Virus record (IMG/VR): IMGVR_UViG_3300043449_002292
Coordinates: 78,860 to 142,859 of that record
Origin: a virus
Length of the DNA stretch: 64,000 nt
Strand: one strand, 5' to 3'
Each line of letters begins with the position of its first letter. Positions within the stretch are counted from its first letter, which is position 1. Below the pieces are notes generated by a model that saw nothing but the letters and a program-made list of their open reading frames with translations, searched no databases and had not been told where the DNA came from. A program made the position numbers and the translations under genes. Shown piece after piece: positions 46,862 to 58,500 of this stretch.

Positions 46862-49258
46862 TTACACCATCCTCGCGGGTCCGAAAAGCTCCGATTCGCT
46901 AAAATCAGAGAATACAGCGGATATGTAATACTTCACGCTGTCAAGCGGGGCGTCTATCTCATTGTCGACGTATGACATGCTGTTTGTCTCGCAGTATTGC
47001 AGCGCTTTCACGGGTGCCATCCTTCCATTGTAATCAGCATAAAGGATAATGTGATCCAGAGGTTGAATTCCTGCTTTAAGCTGCCACTTGAGAATGTTAC
47101 CGTTCACTCCAGCCTTAGCTTTGAAATCGTTGACCTGGATATTGCTACCCTGACTTTTTACTGTCACGATCGCAGTGATTGATGTGGGCCCCTGGATCAT
47201 CTCGTCATCGCTGCTGGCGTAGGCAGGAGTTGATGACCCAGTTTTTGCCCCGAACCTCTGCTGCTTCGACGTTGAATCAAGAGATCCTCTTCTAGAGACT
47301 TTAGATGAGGTAAATTTTTTCATATTGGTCTGATATTGCTTACCAGTCTGCTGGTCGGTTTGAGTCACAGAAGTTTCTGAAAACACAGAGCTAGCATTTC
47401 GAACCAGTAACCTAACATGATAGTAGTACGTTCTTCCAGGTTGGATAGGAGAAACTCCGTTGCTTTTTCTGGAGCTTTCATCATCTATGAACGTTCCTGC
47501 TGGAAATACGCCGAAATATTCGTTAAGTCCGGAAGTCGTGTCGAACCTGGTAATTTCAAACGCCGTAATTCCGCTTAACAGCTCCCTATTGTTCTTTAAC
47601 TCTTCTACGTATTGAGTCGAAAGACCCGATTGTTCTATTATAGCGTAGATCTTGTCCAACGTTGCGTCATCAGGTGGGACGCTAAGCGTGAATGAAGCTC
47701 TTTGTGTCCCTGCGATATTCGTGGAGACATCAGTTACGTTAATTCCTCGTTGTCCCATCGAAAGTTTATCATTCAAAAATCTTGCCACACATGAATTTTG
47801 AGAGAGCCTCTCGCTTCCAGATTTGTCCGTGAGAATTAGACGATACTCGAATGTATGATCAAGGGTTGTGGGTTCATCAGCGAAGCTGGCCGTTTTATCT
47901 TCTCTACGTAGATTCAATGAGCTTTTAGTTTTCAATGAATTGGGATTCGTGAAGACAGTTTCATGTAAAGTTAGATCTTTTCGAACCAACCTTAAAGAGA
48001 TGACATCATCTGGAATATTAAATACTTTGATGTTAACCGCTGTGCCCTCTTCATAGGCAAAGATCGCAGTTGTATCAGCTTGGTATTTTTTGTTGTATCC
48101 TAGACCAGCCTGAACAAAGCTTGAGAATTGACCTGAGTACACGCCAAATTCGTTGAACGGAACAACTCGATAAATACAACTACTCAAAGATTTTGGTCTG
48201 TCAACAAATCTAACAGAATCACCGTCTTTGGCTGCAAGATCAGCAATCTTTAGGAACGTCGCACCGCTTCCCGCGTCCATCGATTTACGGTATATCTTCA
48301 AACGATAAGCGTTCGGGTCCATCTGCTTCGCGACGATTACCCTGTTGGCGCCGTACGATGCGAACTGACACGCTGGTTCTTTGGTCGGTATGACGAAGTC
48401 AGAGTAAATCTCTGCTAGATTAACGTTAAAAGCTATCGTCTGCAATACACTTACGGTTGATTGATTGGCTCCTGAGCTCGAAACAACGTCAACTTCGACC
48501 CTAACATTTGCCAACGATTGCTTCGATAGATCAAAGAATATTGGAACGTCAATAAATTTTATAGGCTCATCTTCTAGATAAGTCTGTGAGCTTTTTGAAC
48601 TTGACGTCTTAATTAAAGAATTTCTAAATTGTAGTTCCTTGTCTTCCGCTCTTGAAAGTAGATTGTCGATTGTCTTAAAACCCGACAACTTGGACTTCTC
48701 AGGTGAGAAGAATCTTGCCATATTGACGATGCTGGCCGAATCTTTCTTTCTCCTGTATAAAAGATCGACCCTCATTGATTGAGTTGACATACGACCTGCT
48801 GGTTTGCTCTGTTGCAAGGAAGAATTATCGTTGATTACCTCCTTAGTGTTTTGAAAAACGCTAAGGTTATCGTCCTTGAATTTTAGAACCCTTCTCTTCC
48901 CGATTGAGTCTCCGCGTAAGATCGCCAAGATCATGTCATTAGGAATCTGCTTCGTTATATCGACCGAGCCTTCAAAAATCACGTTGTTAGACTGCTCGAG
49001 AGCTCTTGCTTTTTCCCTGGATGAGGAGCTCAGAGCAGCGCTCGACGTCGCTGCGCTGAACTTTTCTTTGATCGTCTTCCTGTTTGCCTGCAACTTGATC
49101 CTAAAATTACAGGATATCACGTTTAGCCTGACGGCCTGATACGGGTCGATGGAAAAAAAAGATCTGAAAAACACACTTGCTGGTGTCGCTCTCATAACTG
49201 AAGTAGAAGAATCTTTCTTATAGATAATTGATACCTGCTGCTTCTTCTTTACGCGCAT
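46862..49258 (-). CDS. Basic structural protein with FN3-like repeats (798 aa)
   Basis: KIYRK...FVD...IYRV, F.D...FEYRL and F.D...YYYHV repeats. Confidence 0.62.
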   Translation of the reverse strand: MRVKKKQQVSIIYKKDSSTSVMRATPASVFFRSFFSIDPYQAVRLNVISCNFRIKLQANRKTIKEKFSAATSSAALSSSSREKARALEQSNNVIFEGSVDITKQIPNDMILAILRGDSIGKRRVLKFKDDNLSVFQNTKEVINDNSSLQQSKPAGRMSTQSMRVDLLYRRKKDSASIVNMARFFSPEKSKLSGFKTIDNLLSRAEDKELQFRNSLIKTSSSKSSQTYLEDEPIKFIDVPIFFDLSKQSLANVRVEVDVVSSSGANQSTVSVLQTIAFNVNLAEIYSDFVIPTKEPACQFASYGANRVIVAKQMDPNAYRLKIYRKSMDAGSGATFLKIADLAAKDGDSVRFVDRPKSLSSCIYRVVPFNEFGVYSGQFSSFVQAGLGYNKKYQADTTAIFAYEEGTAVNIKVFNIPDDVISLRLVRKDLTLHETVFTNPNSLKTKSSLNLRREDKTASFADEPTTLDHTFEYRLILTDKSGSERLSQNSCVARFLNDKLSMGQRGINVTDVSTNIAGTQRASFTLSVPPDDATLDKIYAIIEQSGLSTQYVEELKNNRELLSGITAFEITRFDTTSGLNEYFGVFPAGTFIDDESSRKSNGVSPIQPGRTYYYHVRLLVRNASSVFSETSVTQTDQQTGKQYQTNMKKFTSSKVSRRGSLDSTSKQQRFGAKTGSSTPAYASSDDEMIQGPTSITAIVTVKSQGSNIQVNDFKAKAGVNGNILKWQLKAGIQPLDHIILYADYNGRMAPVKALQYCETNSMSYVDNEIDAPLDSVKYYISAVFSDFSESELFGPARMV

Positions 49259-49259
49259 G

Positions 49260-50183
49260 CTATTTCAGCTCTATGGTGAAAATGTTTACAAAAGTCGGGT
49301 TACCGAAGCTGTCATTTAAAATCTTGCCAGCAAATAGCGTTCTCGTTTGAGTGTTTCCTTTCTTTTTTGACGATCTTTCCCCAAAATCAATGACATCCAA
49401 TTTTGTAATGGCATTATCACCAGATACCTCAAAAATTTGCATAACGAAGTTATTCTGCATCGATGTCTGACTACAGACGATATCATTGAACTCTAGCTTT
49501 GAAAGCCTACGCTGAAATGACTGGACGTCAAGATCGAGCGTCTCGTTATCATTTGGAAACTCACCGATAGGTGTCCCTGCGAGGGCACCTGCGTAATTAA
49601 CCGGTGGGAGGTAACGAAAGTTGTCGAGGTTTGAGAGTCTAAAATCATGATTCAAGATCTCGATGTCGTCAAGGACAGCAGTCTTCACATCGGCTGCTGT
49701 GAAAGGAAAGTTATTCCTAATCGAGAAGCTCATCTCGTTGGAAGACAACGTGAACTTCTCAACATTATCAAAGTCCTCTTGGGTTCCTATCACCTGCAGG
49801 TTTTTCCAGCTCTCGAATATCGCATCCGAAATTGCGGACATGGTGTCACTCGCACCGGCGGAGCCTGTGACCCTAACCCGTTCATTATCTATGACGATGT
49901 TGTTACCACTCGCACCGAAGTTATCGCTTCTGAATGGTCGTAAAAGCCCAGAATCATCAGTCTCAAACGTGATCATATCCGAGGGAAGATAGCTGATAGC
50001 CTCAAGGTAGATCCTATTCGTTGGATCATCAAGAACTCCGCTCTCATCACCTGAGTAGTGAGCTCCTAGATCTGTGAACGTTGCATATTCGATCTTCATA
50101 CGACCGCTAGCAAGCTGTTGCCTGCCCTGCTCCGTGATCACCACGTCCATGATTCTCGATTTTGAATCTAGTATTCCAGCCAT
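49260..50183 (-). CDS. Baseplate/tail structural protein (307 aa), paralog of 40552..41256
   Basis: MAGILDSKSRIMDVVITEQGRQQLA...YATFTD aligns with MGYLD...DAVLTDIGRQFLS...KFALGD. Confidence 0.68.
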   Translation of the reverse strand: MAGILDSKSRIMDVVITEQGRQQLASGRMKIEYATFTDLGAHYSGDESGVLDDPTNRIYLEAISYLPSDMITFETDDSGLLRPFRSDNFGASGNNIVIDNERVRVTGSAGASDTMSAISDAIFESWKNLQVIGTQEDFDNVEKFTLSSNEMSFSIRNNFPFTAADVKTAVLDDIEILNHDFRLSNLDNFRYLPPVNYAGALAGTPIGEFPNDNETLDLDVQSFQRRLSKLEFNDIVCSQTSMQNNFVMQIFEVSGDNAITKLDVIDFGERSSKKKGNTQTRTLFAGKILNDSFGNPTFVNIFTIELK

Positions 50184-50197
50184 GCTATCCTAAGTAT

Positions 50198-53100
50198 TTA
50201 CGTCAGTATTTCGACTAAGAAATCAACGTCCGGATTGTCGCCCCTGTTTCTCGCTACCCCATCATCGAAGTATGGCATGGATGATGTTGCGAACGCGCTC
50301 AGGTTCTGAGAGTGAGTATCAGCAGCCTCTGTACCTCCCGAACCACTGAAGCTTATCCTAATTGGAGGAGCTCCTCCAGCTGTCGCTGAGCTCCTCCTCG
50401 GCTCAAGAAGGTCTCGCTGATGACCGAATCTGTCGGATCTGAGTCTGACACTTGTGAACTCGGAATTAATGTTAGAGATTCCATATCTCAGGGCCTGTGA
50501 TCGCGCGATCCCAAGAACGTTGCTTCCTTGTCGATGACGAAGGTAACCAATCGCGGAACCCAAAATTTCTAGATTGAACAGCTCCGCAGCCATCTTTGAG
50601 GTTATCACGCGATCCTTCCAGATCGCGACTGAGTGGATGTAACCGTCCCGAATCTCTGTTGTTGGATCTGGGTCAGGAGCTGAATACGGTGTGAATGGAG
50701 ACGCAGACCCGTCGCCCGTCGCAGGATCGATATCAGCTCCTATCCGTAGCCTCGAGAAAACGCTGGTGGTGGTGTCAGAAGCAGATGATCCGCCATCCGT
50801 GAATGTGCAAGACTGATTAACCCCATTGACGTAGATCTTGTAAGCTGTCGCAAAAGCTGCATCTACATCCGGAGCTTTAAATGTCACGAGCACATTATAC
50901 CAAGTGTTGGCTACGATCGTGCCTGCATCTGTGACAGCCTGCAGGTAAGACTCAACGTTTGGGTTGCTCCTTCCCTTCCTGAAAACGACACGCCCGGCAT
51001 TCGAGACGTGAATGCTGTACTCAAAATTTTGGTCGCCTGCTGAGTTTCCACGACGTCTGCAAACAAGAAACTGGCTGCTTGTTGAGACATCGCTCAGGTA
51101 GAAGGTCACGGATATCGAGAAGGAGGCATCGCTGCCACCCGATGACATCTTGTGATCGTCAGCGTCGCCTGAGGCGACCAGCATTTCAACGTTTCCTGCA
51201 GTTGCGCCGGCATCAGCGAACAAAACGCTGTAGCCCTTACCGTTGTAAAGACCCGGCGTATCTGGGAAAACTGGGCTTCCTGGCACCCTTGTGGGTCCAT
51301 CACCGGTCGAAGTTCCCTTCACTCCTTCCAGGTCGGTGTTACTGCCTGGATTCGTAACACGATTGACGAGCGCCGTGATAGGAGGCGATGCGGTGGTGAA
51401 TCCAGCGCGATAGTGACAGACAAGATTATCAGTTAGATCTATCGGATCGATGTCTCCAGCTCTCTCAAGACTTCCCGTGATGTAATATGGTGGTGACGTG
51501 ATATCGTAGAGATTATCGGAAGGAGCCCTAAAGAATTGAGTGCCCCTGACCTTGAACAGCTCGATCAGTGAATCGAGCCCTGCTCCCGTGACCCGCGGCG
51601 GGCTCGATGCGATATTAAACCCCGCGTAGTCACCGCTCTCAGAGGCGCTCAGGACTCCGATCGGAGTGGTTGCGATTCGATCAGGATTGTTCTTGAAAGG
51701 AAACTGCGTGATAGGGCTGCTCGCAAGATTTTCCTCTGTGAACCAGTAGGTGCCAACAGCCGAAGGCACGACAAAGCCTGGAACGTTGTCACCATTGTAG
51801 GAGTATGGAGTTGCCACCGGGCTAACGTTAATCATTGAAATCAAGTTCGGTAAGCAACTGTCGTACGTCCTCTCACCGGTGTCGAATGCTGTCGTGAATC
51901 GTTGAAAAGACCCCGATGTTGATGCCTGACCCTGCGATGCTCGTCCCATCACCCTTCGTGATTCATCCTGACCGTAAATTGTGAATATGGTCGCAGCAGA
52001 ATTTAACGGAGTCAGCATGCTACCTGTCACGATATCATCGATATATGAGCCGTAATACGATGAGATGGGCTCGATCTGAAATTGATCAAGAGCAGGCTCT
52101 GCCCCGATCATCTCATGTATTGAATTTGACGAGAGATCCTGGTTTATCGAGGGTGAGTATTCAACGGAATCCTTGATCAATGATCCGATCAGTGTCACCC
52201 TGCATGGTTCTGTTCCGATTCTCAAGTGGGAACCCGTGAGATTCGAGACCAACGCAGCGAATGGGAGCTGCGGCACACCTGCCTCCAACCCAAAGATCAG
52301 CTCATCCTCCGGGAGCAGGATGTATGGGGAGTCATCGGACTGTGGCGCGCTTAACGAAACAGTTCCGAAGCCTGCCAAAGTTTCTGAGGATGTATCCGAC
52401 GCCTCTCCCCCGAATTTTCTGAATGATCTGTGGTCTACCTTTGCTCCTCTCTCGATCACCTTCCTTAGGGTTTCACCAGCAGCAAAGTCGAAGGGTTTAA
52501 CAAAGTTAGAACCATCACCGAAAATTTGAACTGATTCTACAGATGATCCTCCACACCAGGAGTTCTGAATAAAGTTCGTACCTACTCCATCGACCTCAGG
52601 AACTCTTGACACTCCTAAGTTTTGAGCGCCACAAATAGCGGGCTTCGTGTTTAGGGTGACAGAACCAGTGAACTCCCCAACAACGAAGTTGCTATCATAC
52701 GGTAGTCCAAACTCGTATGAAAACGCTGGGGAGTGCAGGAGCGTTGCAGGTGACCACGAGCTTCCTGACAGGGAGGCAGAGTTCCAAAATGTCATCGATG
52801 CTGAGCAGATCAGGAACCTGTTGGAGCTGGAGACATCGGCGAGAGAATCAACGACTCTATTTGCCCTGCTCTGACGATACATGAAAAAAACGTAATTGTC
52901 GATGTCACGTATCGATCCTTTCTTGAAGACCAGCGGGGAGCTGCTAGCAACTGCTCCGCCGTTTATCCTCTGAGCTTTTACGTTACCAAACTCGACCTTG
53001 ACAGCCTCCAGCATGAATGGGCTCGATATCAACCCTGACAGCTTGATCGACTGTGAGCTTGTGGCATGATATTTCGTGGCCGCCGGTGCGCTCATCACAA

Positions 53101-54742
53101 CTGTTGGAGAACCTATCTTCGAGTATCCGAGTTCAAGCCTAACATCACCAGCGCTAGCGGTGTCATCCCTCTCTTTTGCGCTGCAATTTCCAAACGTGAA
53201 CTGATTTGGAAACGTTCCGGATGTGTTAGCGGCAATGGTATCTATCGCAAAGTCGTAATGTAGAGCCGCTCCGGTTGCAGGGTCCTGCAACCCTATCTGC
53301 TCCCACTCTTTCCTACTGAAGTTGTAGTAGTAAAAGCCAGTATTATTCGGTGATACCGGCTGACTCTCGCCCACGTTTCTGCTTTCCACATTTCTGGTGA
53401 GAGTCACTTCACTTTGAGGCGTGATGTCGATGTCGATCATCATCTTTGAGCGAAGCGGAGATAAAAACCCCGGTAGAACGTCAAAGCTTGTTCCACTCAG
53501 GTAAAATGAAGTTGCAGGTATGGATCGATTTTCATCGAATGGACCGATATCTTCAACTGGAGAGTAGTGCAGGTGATTCGGATGTTGAAAACTTCTTATA
53601 GGAGCAGAAATCTGGATGTCGGATTCCTGCCCGAGAATATCAACCGCCTGCGAGTTGAAAGAGCTATCTCGTGGGAGCATCGATGGAAAGACAGGGCTCC
53701 CAGATTCAGAGAAAACTATCGTCGTCTGATCATTGAAGTTGGATGAAAGGGCTCCTGTGCGGTTTACGTCACCTGTTCTACGAACTGTTGAGTATGATCC
53801 TGGTAGATCATCAAGCTCACGTATCATCAACCTCGGTGAACGTGAGATAAATCCACTGCGAGCCTCCCCACCTGGATCGTTACGATAAGCAAAGTAGAGA
53901 GTCACGATCTCCTGTGGGCTCAGGACCCGATCTTTCCAGATCGCTACGCCGTACATAAGACCACGAAAATCGCTGGTGCTAAACGTGGTTGAAGTGTTTC
54001 GCATTGAACCGATCGCGGTCGGATGATCTTCGTCGTTCATATGAACGTATTCTAATGGAAACGTGGAAGCGCCTGTGGTCACGGTTTGAAGTATCCTGTT
54101 CCTGTAGATCTTTATGCCGCTAGCGGTGGATGAGCCATCGTAAGTCACGACGATATGCTGCCATGAATTGGCAGTGACGGACGAGGACGCGTCAAATTCA
54201 GCCGAGATGTACCTCGCTAATTGAGTTCCGAACAGGTACACGTTGAGCTTATCGTCGTTTAGGAAAATTTCCCACGCGATACTCGTTGACACATCGGTTG
54301 CCCTAGCGATCAGGATCTGAGTTCCTACGATTGTGCTTGGCTTTATCCAGAGAGAAATTGAAAACGGAATATCGTCAGTTCCATCGGTGAACTTATGATC
54401 ATCAGTTGCCGATACCTGACCGTCATTATCTACCGTCGCGATGACATCAACATTATTTACGTTAGTTGCGTTAAAAACAAAAACAAACGAACGAAGATCT
54501 AGATCTAGAACGTTGCTCTCTGGAATATCTGTCGATGTTCCGATTCCAGCAGACCTAGGGATTCCACCAGCACGTGCGGTGTTACCGTGGCCTGACAGGT
54601 CAGGGACAAAATCTCCCTGAATATCGCGGTAAATAGTCACCAGACCCTGCGAAAGATCGATCGGCATCGAACCGTATGACTGGCTGGATGTTACAAACGG
54701 TTTTGTAAGGTCGAGCGGTCTTGGGCTAGAAATTCTCGGCAT
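50198..54742 (-). CDS. Large tail appendage / adhesin with two LamG (ConA-like) domains (1514 aa)
   Basis: FSISLWIK...WQHIVVTYDG...VAIWKDRVL and FSISVTFY...WYNVLVTF...VAIWKDRVI. Confidence 0.75.
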   Translation of the reverse strand: MPRISSPRPLDLTKPFVTSSQSYGSMPIDLSQGLVTIYRDIQGDFVPDLSGHGNTARAGGIPRSAGIGTSTDIPESNVLDLDLRSFVFVFNATNVNNVDVIATVDNDGQVSATDDHKFTDGTDDIPFSISLWIKPSTIVGTQILIARATDVSTSIAWEIFLNDDKLNVYLFGTQLARYISAEFDASSSVTANSWQHIVVTYDGSSTASGIKIYRNRILQTVTTGASTFPLEYVHMNDEDHPTAIGSMRNTSTTFSTSDFRGLMYGVAIWKDRVLSPQEIVTLYFAYRNDPGGEARSGFISRSPRLMIRELDDLPGSYSTVRRTGDVNRTGALSSNFNDQTTIVFSESGSPVFPSMLPRDSSFNSQAVDILGQESDIQISAPIRSFQHPNHLHYSPVEDIGPFDENRSIPATSFYLSGTSFDVLPGFLSPLRSKMMIDIDITPQSEVTLTRNVESRNVGESQPVSPNNTGFYYYNFSRKEWEQIGLQDPATGAALHYDFAIDTIAANTSGTFPNQFTFGNCSAKERDDTASAGDVRLELGYSKIGSPTVVMSAPAATKYHATSSQSIKLSGLISSPFMLEAVKVEFGNVKAQRINGGAVASSSPLVFKKGSIRDIDNYVFFMYRQSRANRVVDSLADVSSSNRFLICSASMTFWNSASLSGSSWSPATLLHSPAFSYEFGLPYDSNFVVGEFTGSVTLNTKPAICGAQNLGVSRVPEVDGVGTNFIQNSWCGGSSVESVQIFGDGSNFVKPFDFAAGETLRKVIERGAKVDHRSFRKFGGEASDTSSETLAGFGTVSLSAPQSDDSPYILLPEDELIFGLEAGVPQLPFAALVSNLTGSHLRIGTEPCRVTLIGSLIKDSVEYSPSINQDLSSNSIHEMIGAEPALDQFQIEPISSYYGSYIDDIVTGSMLTPLNSAATIFTIYGQDESRRVMGRASQGQASTSGSFQRFTTAFDTGERTYDSCLPNLISMINVSPVATPYSYNGDNVPGFVVPSAVGTYWFTEENLASSPITQFPFKNNPDRIATTPIGVLSASESGDYAGFNIASSPPRVTGAGLDSLIELFKVRGTQFFRAPSDNLYDITSPPYYITGSLERAGDIDPIDLTDNLVCHYRAGFTTASPPITALVNRVTNPGSNTDLEGVKGTSTGDGPTRVPGSPVFPDTPGLYNGKGYSVLFADAGATAGNVEMLVASGDADDHKMSSGGSDASFSISVTFYLSDVSTSSQFLVCRRRGNSAGDQNFEYSIHVSNAGRVVFRKGRSNPNVESYLQAVTDAGTIVANTWYNVLVTFKAPDVDAAFATAYKIYVNGVNQSCTFTDGGSSASDTTTSVFSRLRIGADIDPATGDGSASPFTPYSAPDPDPTTEIRDGYIHSVAIWKDRVITSKMAAELFNLEILGSAIGYLRHRQGSNVLGIARSQALRYGISNINSEFTSVRLRSDRFGHQRDLLEPRRSSATAGGAPPIRISFSGSGGTEAADTHSQNLSAFATSSMPYFDDGVARNRGDNPDVDFLVEILT

Positions 54743-54743
54743 C

Positions 54744-55589
54744 TTACCTCTTCATCCCTGCGTATGTGATTGAATCCGTGCCAGGAGAATCCTCGAGGTT
54801 AACAAACCAACCGCTTCGAGCGGACACGCTACCTCGAGGAGACGCTTTCTCGGTGGACTCACGACTTAAAATTATTGCGCTCCTGATGTCACCAGTTAAT
54901 AGATTCGCAGCATCCTCCCAATCAGTTCCATCCTCGAAGGGTGGAGAAAGATCGGACGGCTCTGAAAAAAATCCTGGTTGCGGTAATCCCAATGTGTCCT
55001 GCTCGAAGCATTCATCCAAGTAAGCTTCTACTGATCGATCAACGGGAAACACGAAATCTACTATTGGATTACATCTCTTCCTAACGTCCTCCGCTGCATT
55101 TGAGACGGATCCCCTCACATCGTGCGGTTCATCAGGCCAGTTTATGGAATTTCTGGATGCGCGCGCGCGGATCGTTAACGGTTCGATCACACCATCGTAA
55201 CTGTCAAGTTCATTGGCTGATAGATTCCACAGGACCTGTGGATATATCAGTGATGATCCTTCATCCTTTATATACTCGACAGGATCGAATCTGTCCATGT
55301 CCTCAAAGGTAACGTCACTCTTAAAATCCTTCGGCATGCCGAAGGAACGTTCTTCCCTCTCAAAATTAGGAAACTCTTCGATCTTTCCAGTTCCGACGGT
55401 GGTGCTTAAGTTCTCATCGTATACCCTGACGTTGTCAATTCTAACACCGTCGACCGTCAGAATGTTGGAGTTTATAGGTCTGATCTTTGGCATCATTCCC
55501 TGATAAACCTGACCGAATGTTTTCAGCTCAACACCCTGAAGGCTTCCGGAGATGGATTCAGCCCCTATCGTTATCGCCTGAGATGGCAT
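54744..55589 (-). CDS. Hypothetical baseplate-region protein (281 aa)
   Basis: Clean ORF, tightly coupled to both neighbours. Confidence 0.7.
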   Translation of the reverse strand: MPSQAITIGAESISGSLQGVELKTFGQVYQGMMPKIRPINSNILTVDGVRIDNVRVYDENLSTTVGTGKIEEFPNFEREERSFGMPKDFKSDVTFEDMDRFDPVEYIKDEGSSLIYPQVLWNLSANELDSYDGVIEPLTIRARASRNSINWPDEPHDVRGSVSNAAEDVRKRCNPIVDFVFPVDRSVEAYLDECFEQDTLGLPQPGFFSEPSDLSPPFEDGTDWEDAANLLTGDIRSAIILSRESTEKASPRGSVSARSGWFVNLEDSPGTDSITYAGMKR

Positions 55590-58500
55590 TAGAATCTCCT
55601 AATTGTAGCGACCACCTGGCCTAGCTTGATCGTTCCTTTCAAACCGCGTCTATCGTTCTCACCGATGTAAATTCCGCTCTGGAGGTAATTAAACTTCGAC
55701 CTCTCTAACGCATGAGGTTTGATTACGTAATTAGATCCTAAAAACTTCGTGTTGCTTGGGACAAACTTTTCGATCAGTGTTCCCATTGAAGCATCAAACC
55801 ACTTGAAAAATTCATACAGCTGCTTGATCTTTATCTTTTCAGTCAGACGGTTGAAATAAACATCACGTAAGCTTTCAAGACCTGGGTAATCAGGTGAGAA
55901 CTGAAGCTCGGGGGACCCAATCGCATCATCTATTTCATCTAAGGTAGCGAATATTTTCGCGATGTCCTCGTCAAGGATCTGGGAAGCTGATACCTCAATG
56001 GAAAATCTCGAATCGTCGACTGGAATCTCTGATTTTAGGATATCAAAAACAGGTGCGACTGACGCTCCTTCTCGCTGTGCGGTGTCGTAATCAAGGTAGC
56101 CTCTAACTCTAATCTTGTTGCTCGTTTGTGCCTCATCGAACTGCATGGATATCACGGACGATTTAACACGCTCATTCTCAATTATTTGCTCCTGGTTTCC
56201 GAAACCTGATCCCGTTAAATGAAAGCTGTTCTGTGAAAAATCAAAAATTTTAATTCCACCGCTGGCGGCGGAGGACGTAATTTCCTGGGTGCAAGCGGCA
56301 TCGATCCTCAACCTCTCCCAAGACCCTGACAGGGAAGTAACAAAGTTATAGTTAAGTTTTGGATTTTCAACTCCCAATGATTCCATATTACGAGCATGTT
56401 CAAAAAGCTCCGAATCTGTCAGTGGTTTAGTCCAGAATTTGATTCTTGAAACTTTTCCAGTGAACATCGATTCACGAGCATCGTCAATTATCGTTGTATC
56501 ATTTAGAAGCTTGTTACCTCCCTCGAATATTGACTGCGGTCCGATGCAGATGAAAGCTCCCGATGTGTTATACGCCGAAATAGTGTCTATCACCGTTCCT
56601 TCGTCAAGATATGACGATGACACTATCGAGTAATTTGAGACATCACTATTGGATCTGGCAGCCCAGAGGAAATATGAGGAGCTTGGAACGTTCTCTGTCA
56701 TCCTTCTACCGAAAGCGACATGCCAGCCGGATCCATCGAATAGATCGTTACCGCTTAAGTTTAGCTTTATGTAACGACCTGATGTTGATGTATCGCTTCC
56801 CACGTAAAGATCAAGTGAAGATGTCGATTTTCCTGCCGTAAGAACTAAATTAGTTATTACGCCGTGCGTATCGCTCGGTGAACTTGTTCCCGTCACATGC
56901 AATCGGGCCAAGCTCTGAATGTTTGGATGATCTACGTTAGGTTCAAATTTATAGATCGCTTCATACGACCAGGATCCTGACGTGAAAAGTCCATCTGACA
57001 CAGTGTTTGAAACTGTTGGAAGACCAGGTTCGACGCGTGATGAGCTCAAATAAGAGCTTGAAATAAATGGTAACGTATCTGGAACTCCCGTGATAGGATC
57101 GTAGTTCACAGCTCCGCTAAATAGTGAACCGCTAAAATTAAGAAACCCCTGAACGATGGATCTCTGAGTCCTCTCATTGGTAATGTATCCTGACTTAGAT
57201 CCACCGTATTCACGGAACTTCATGATGCTATCTGGCTCTATTCCCGCAGCACGAATTAGGCTCTTTATGCTGTGTATCGTCCCACGAGATTTCATTACGG
57301 TGGGAAACTCGTGCAGTATCCTCCTCCAGATGGTGTTCTGAATTGATTGGAATGAAAGCTGCAAGTCAGAGACATTCGGAGCCGCTGCTTCACCCAAGAT
57401 GAACCTATCGATTGATACGTTCTTAAACATGTTCGGAAGATTGATGCCGTAGTAATCAGCTAGATACGGAAGCATCTGATCTGCAACAGTTCCAGTGTCA
57501 TCATAATCCGTCGATCTAAGCCGAGACACATGGTCCAAAAAGCACTTAACCTCGTCAAATTGCTTCGCCCACACGTAGAGAAGTGAGCTTATAAGCTGTA
57601 TCGAACCTAACCTCGTGTCTCGTGGCAGAGAGTTACCATCATCTATCGAATTTCCGACCCCGCCCTCGATTGAGTCTAAAACGTAGAACTCTTGCTCACG
57701 AGTTAGATAATGTTGCGGTATCAACTTCGTAATAAGGTTTGGATTATTTTGATCATACTGTGATGCTGATCGGAGGAGAGATTCGTTGAGAGATACAACA
57801 TCAGGATGATCAGGAAACAGAATGGGAGAGTATTGTGCTCTCTCAAAAACTAAGGGATTATCGACGTGTGGAACTCTTTGACTAATCGCGAAGTTAGACA
57901 CTGTGGCGTGTAATCCATTTCCAGAATGATCGATTATTACCGCGTTGTTAGTGTATGACCCTGTCGGTTCGTTGAACCTGTAAAGCAGCTTTAGATTTTC
58001 TCTCGGATATTCCGTGGTATACATGCTGGAGCTGATCTGATTCAAGCTTCTAACATTATGAAAAACTCTAAAATCATCGATCGATCCCGACAGCCCGCTA
58101 GTTGGAACAAAGTTGAATGACGCTCCAGCATTGTGAGAAGTTCCAGAACCAATCAGGAGTGGGCTGCTCTTAAAATCTATTTGACCGATATACGTGGACG
58201 TGCTTGATGAAGAAACTAAATCTCCGTTTTTGTACATGTAAAGACGATCTACACCGGGCTTCCTGTTAAATTGCGCAGCGATTGATGAGAAAACCCCCTT
58301 GGTAATCTCACACGATGATGTCATAAATGCGGAACCTGATGAGACATAAAAATCCAAATTACACTTATCAAGTGCTGCACTTTGAGAGACAGCTAATGTA
58401 AAGCCTTTGTCAGTCCCATTGATCTTCTGGACGATCACCTGGTTGCTATTTGATGCAGCTGGAACGAATAGCTGCAGCTCAATTGTCATCGAAGAGTTAC

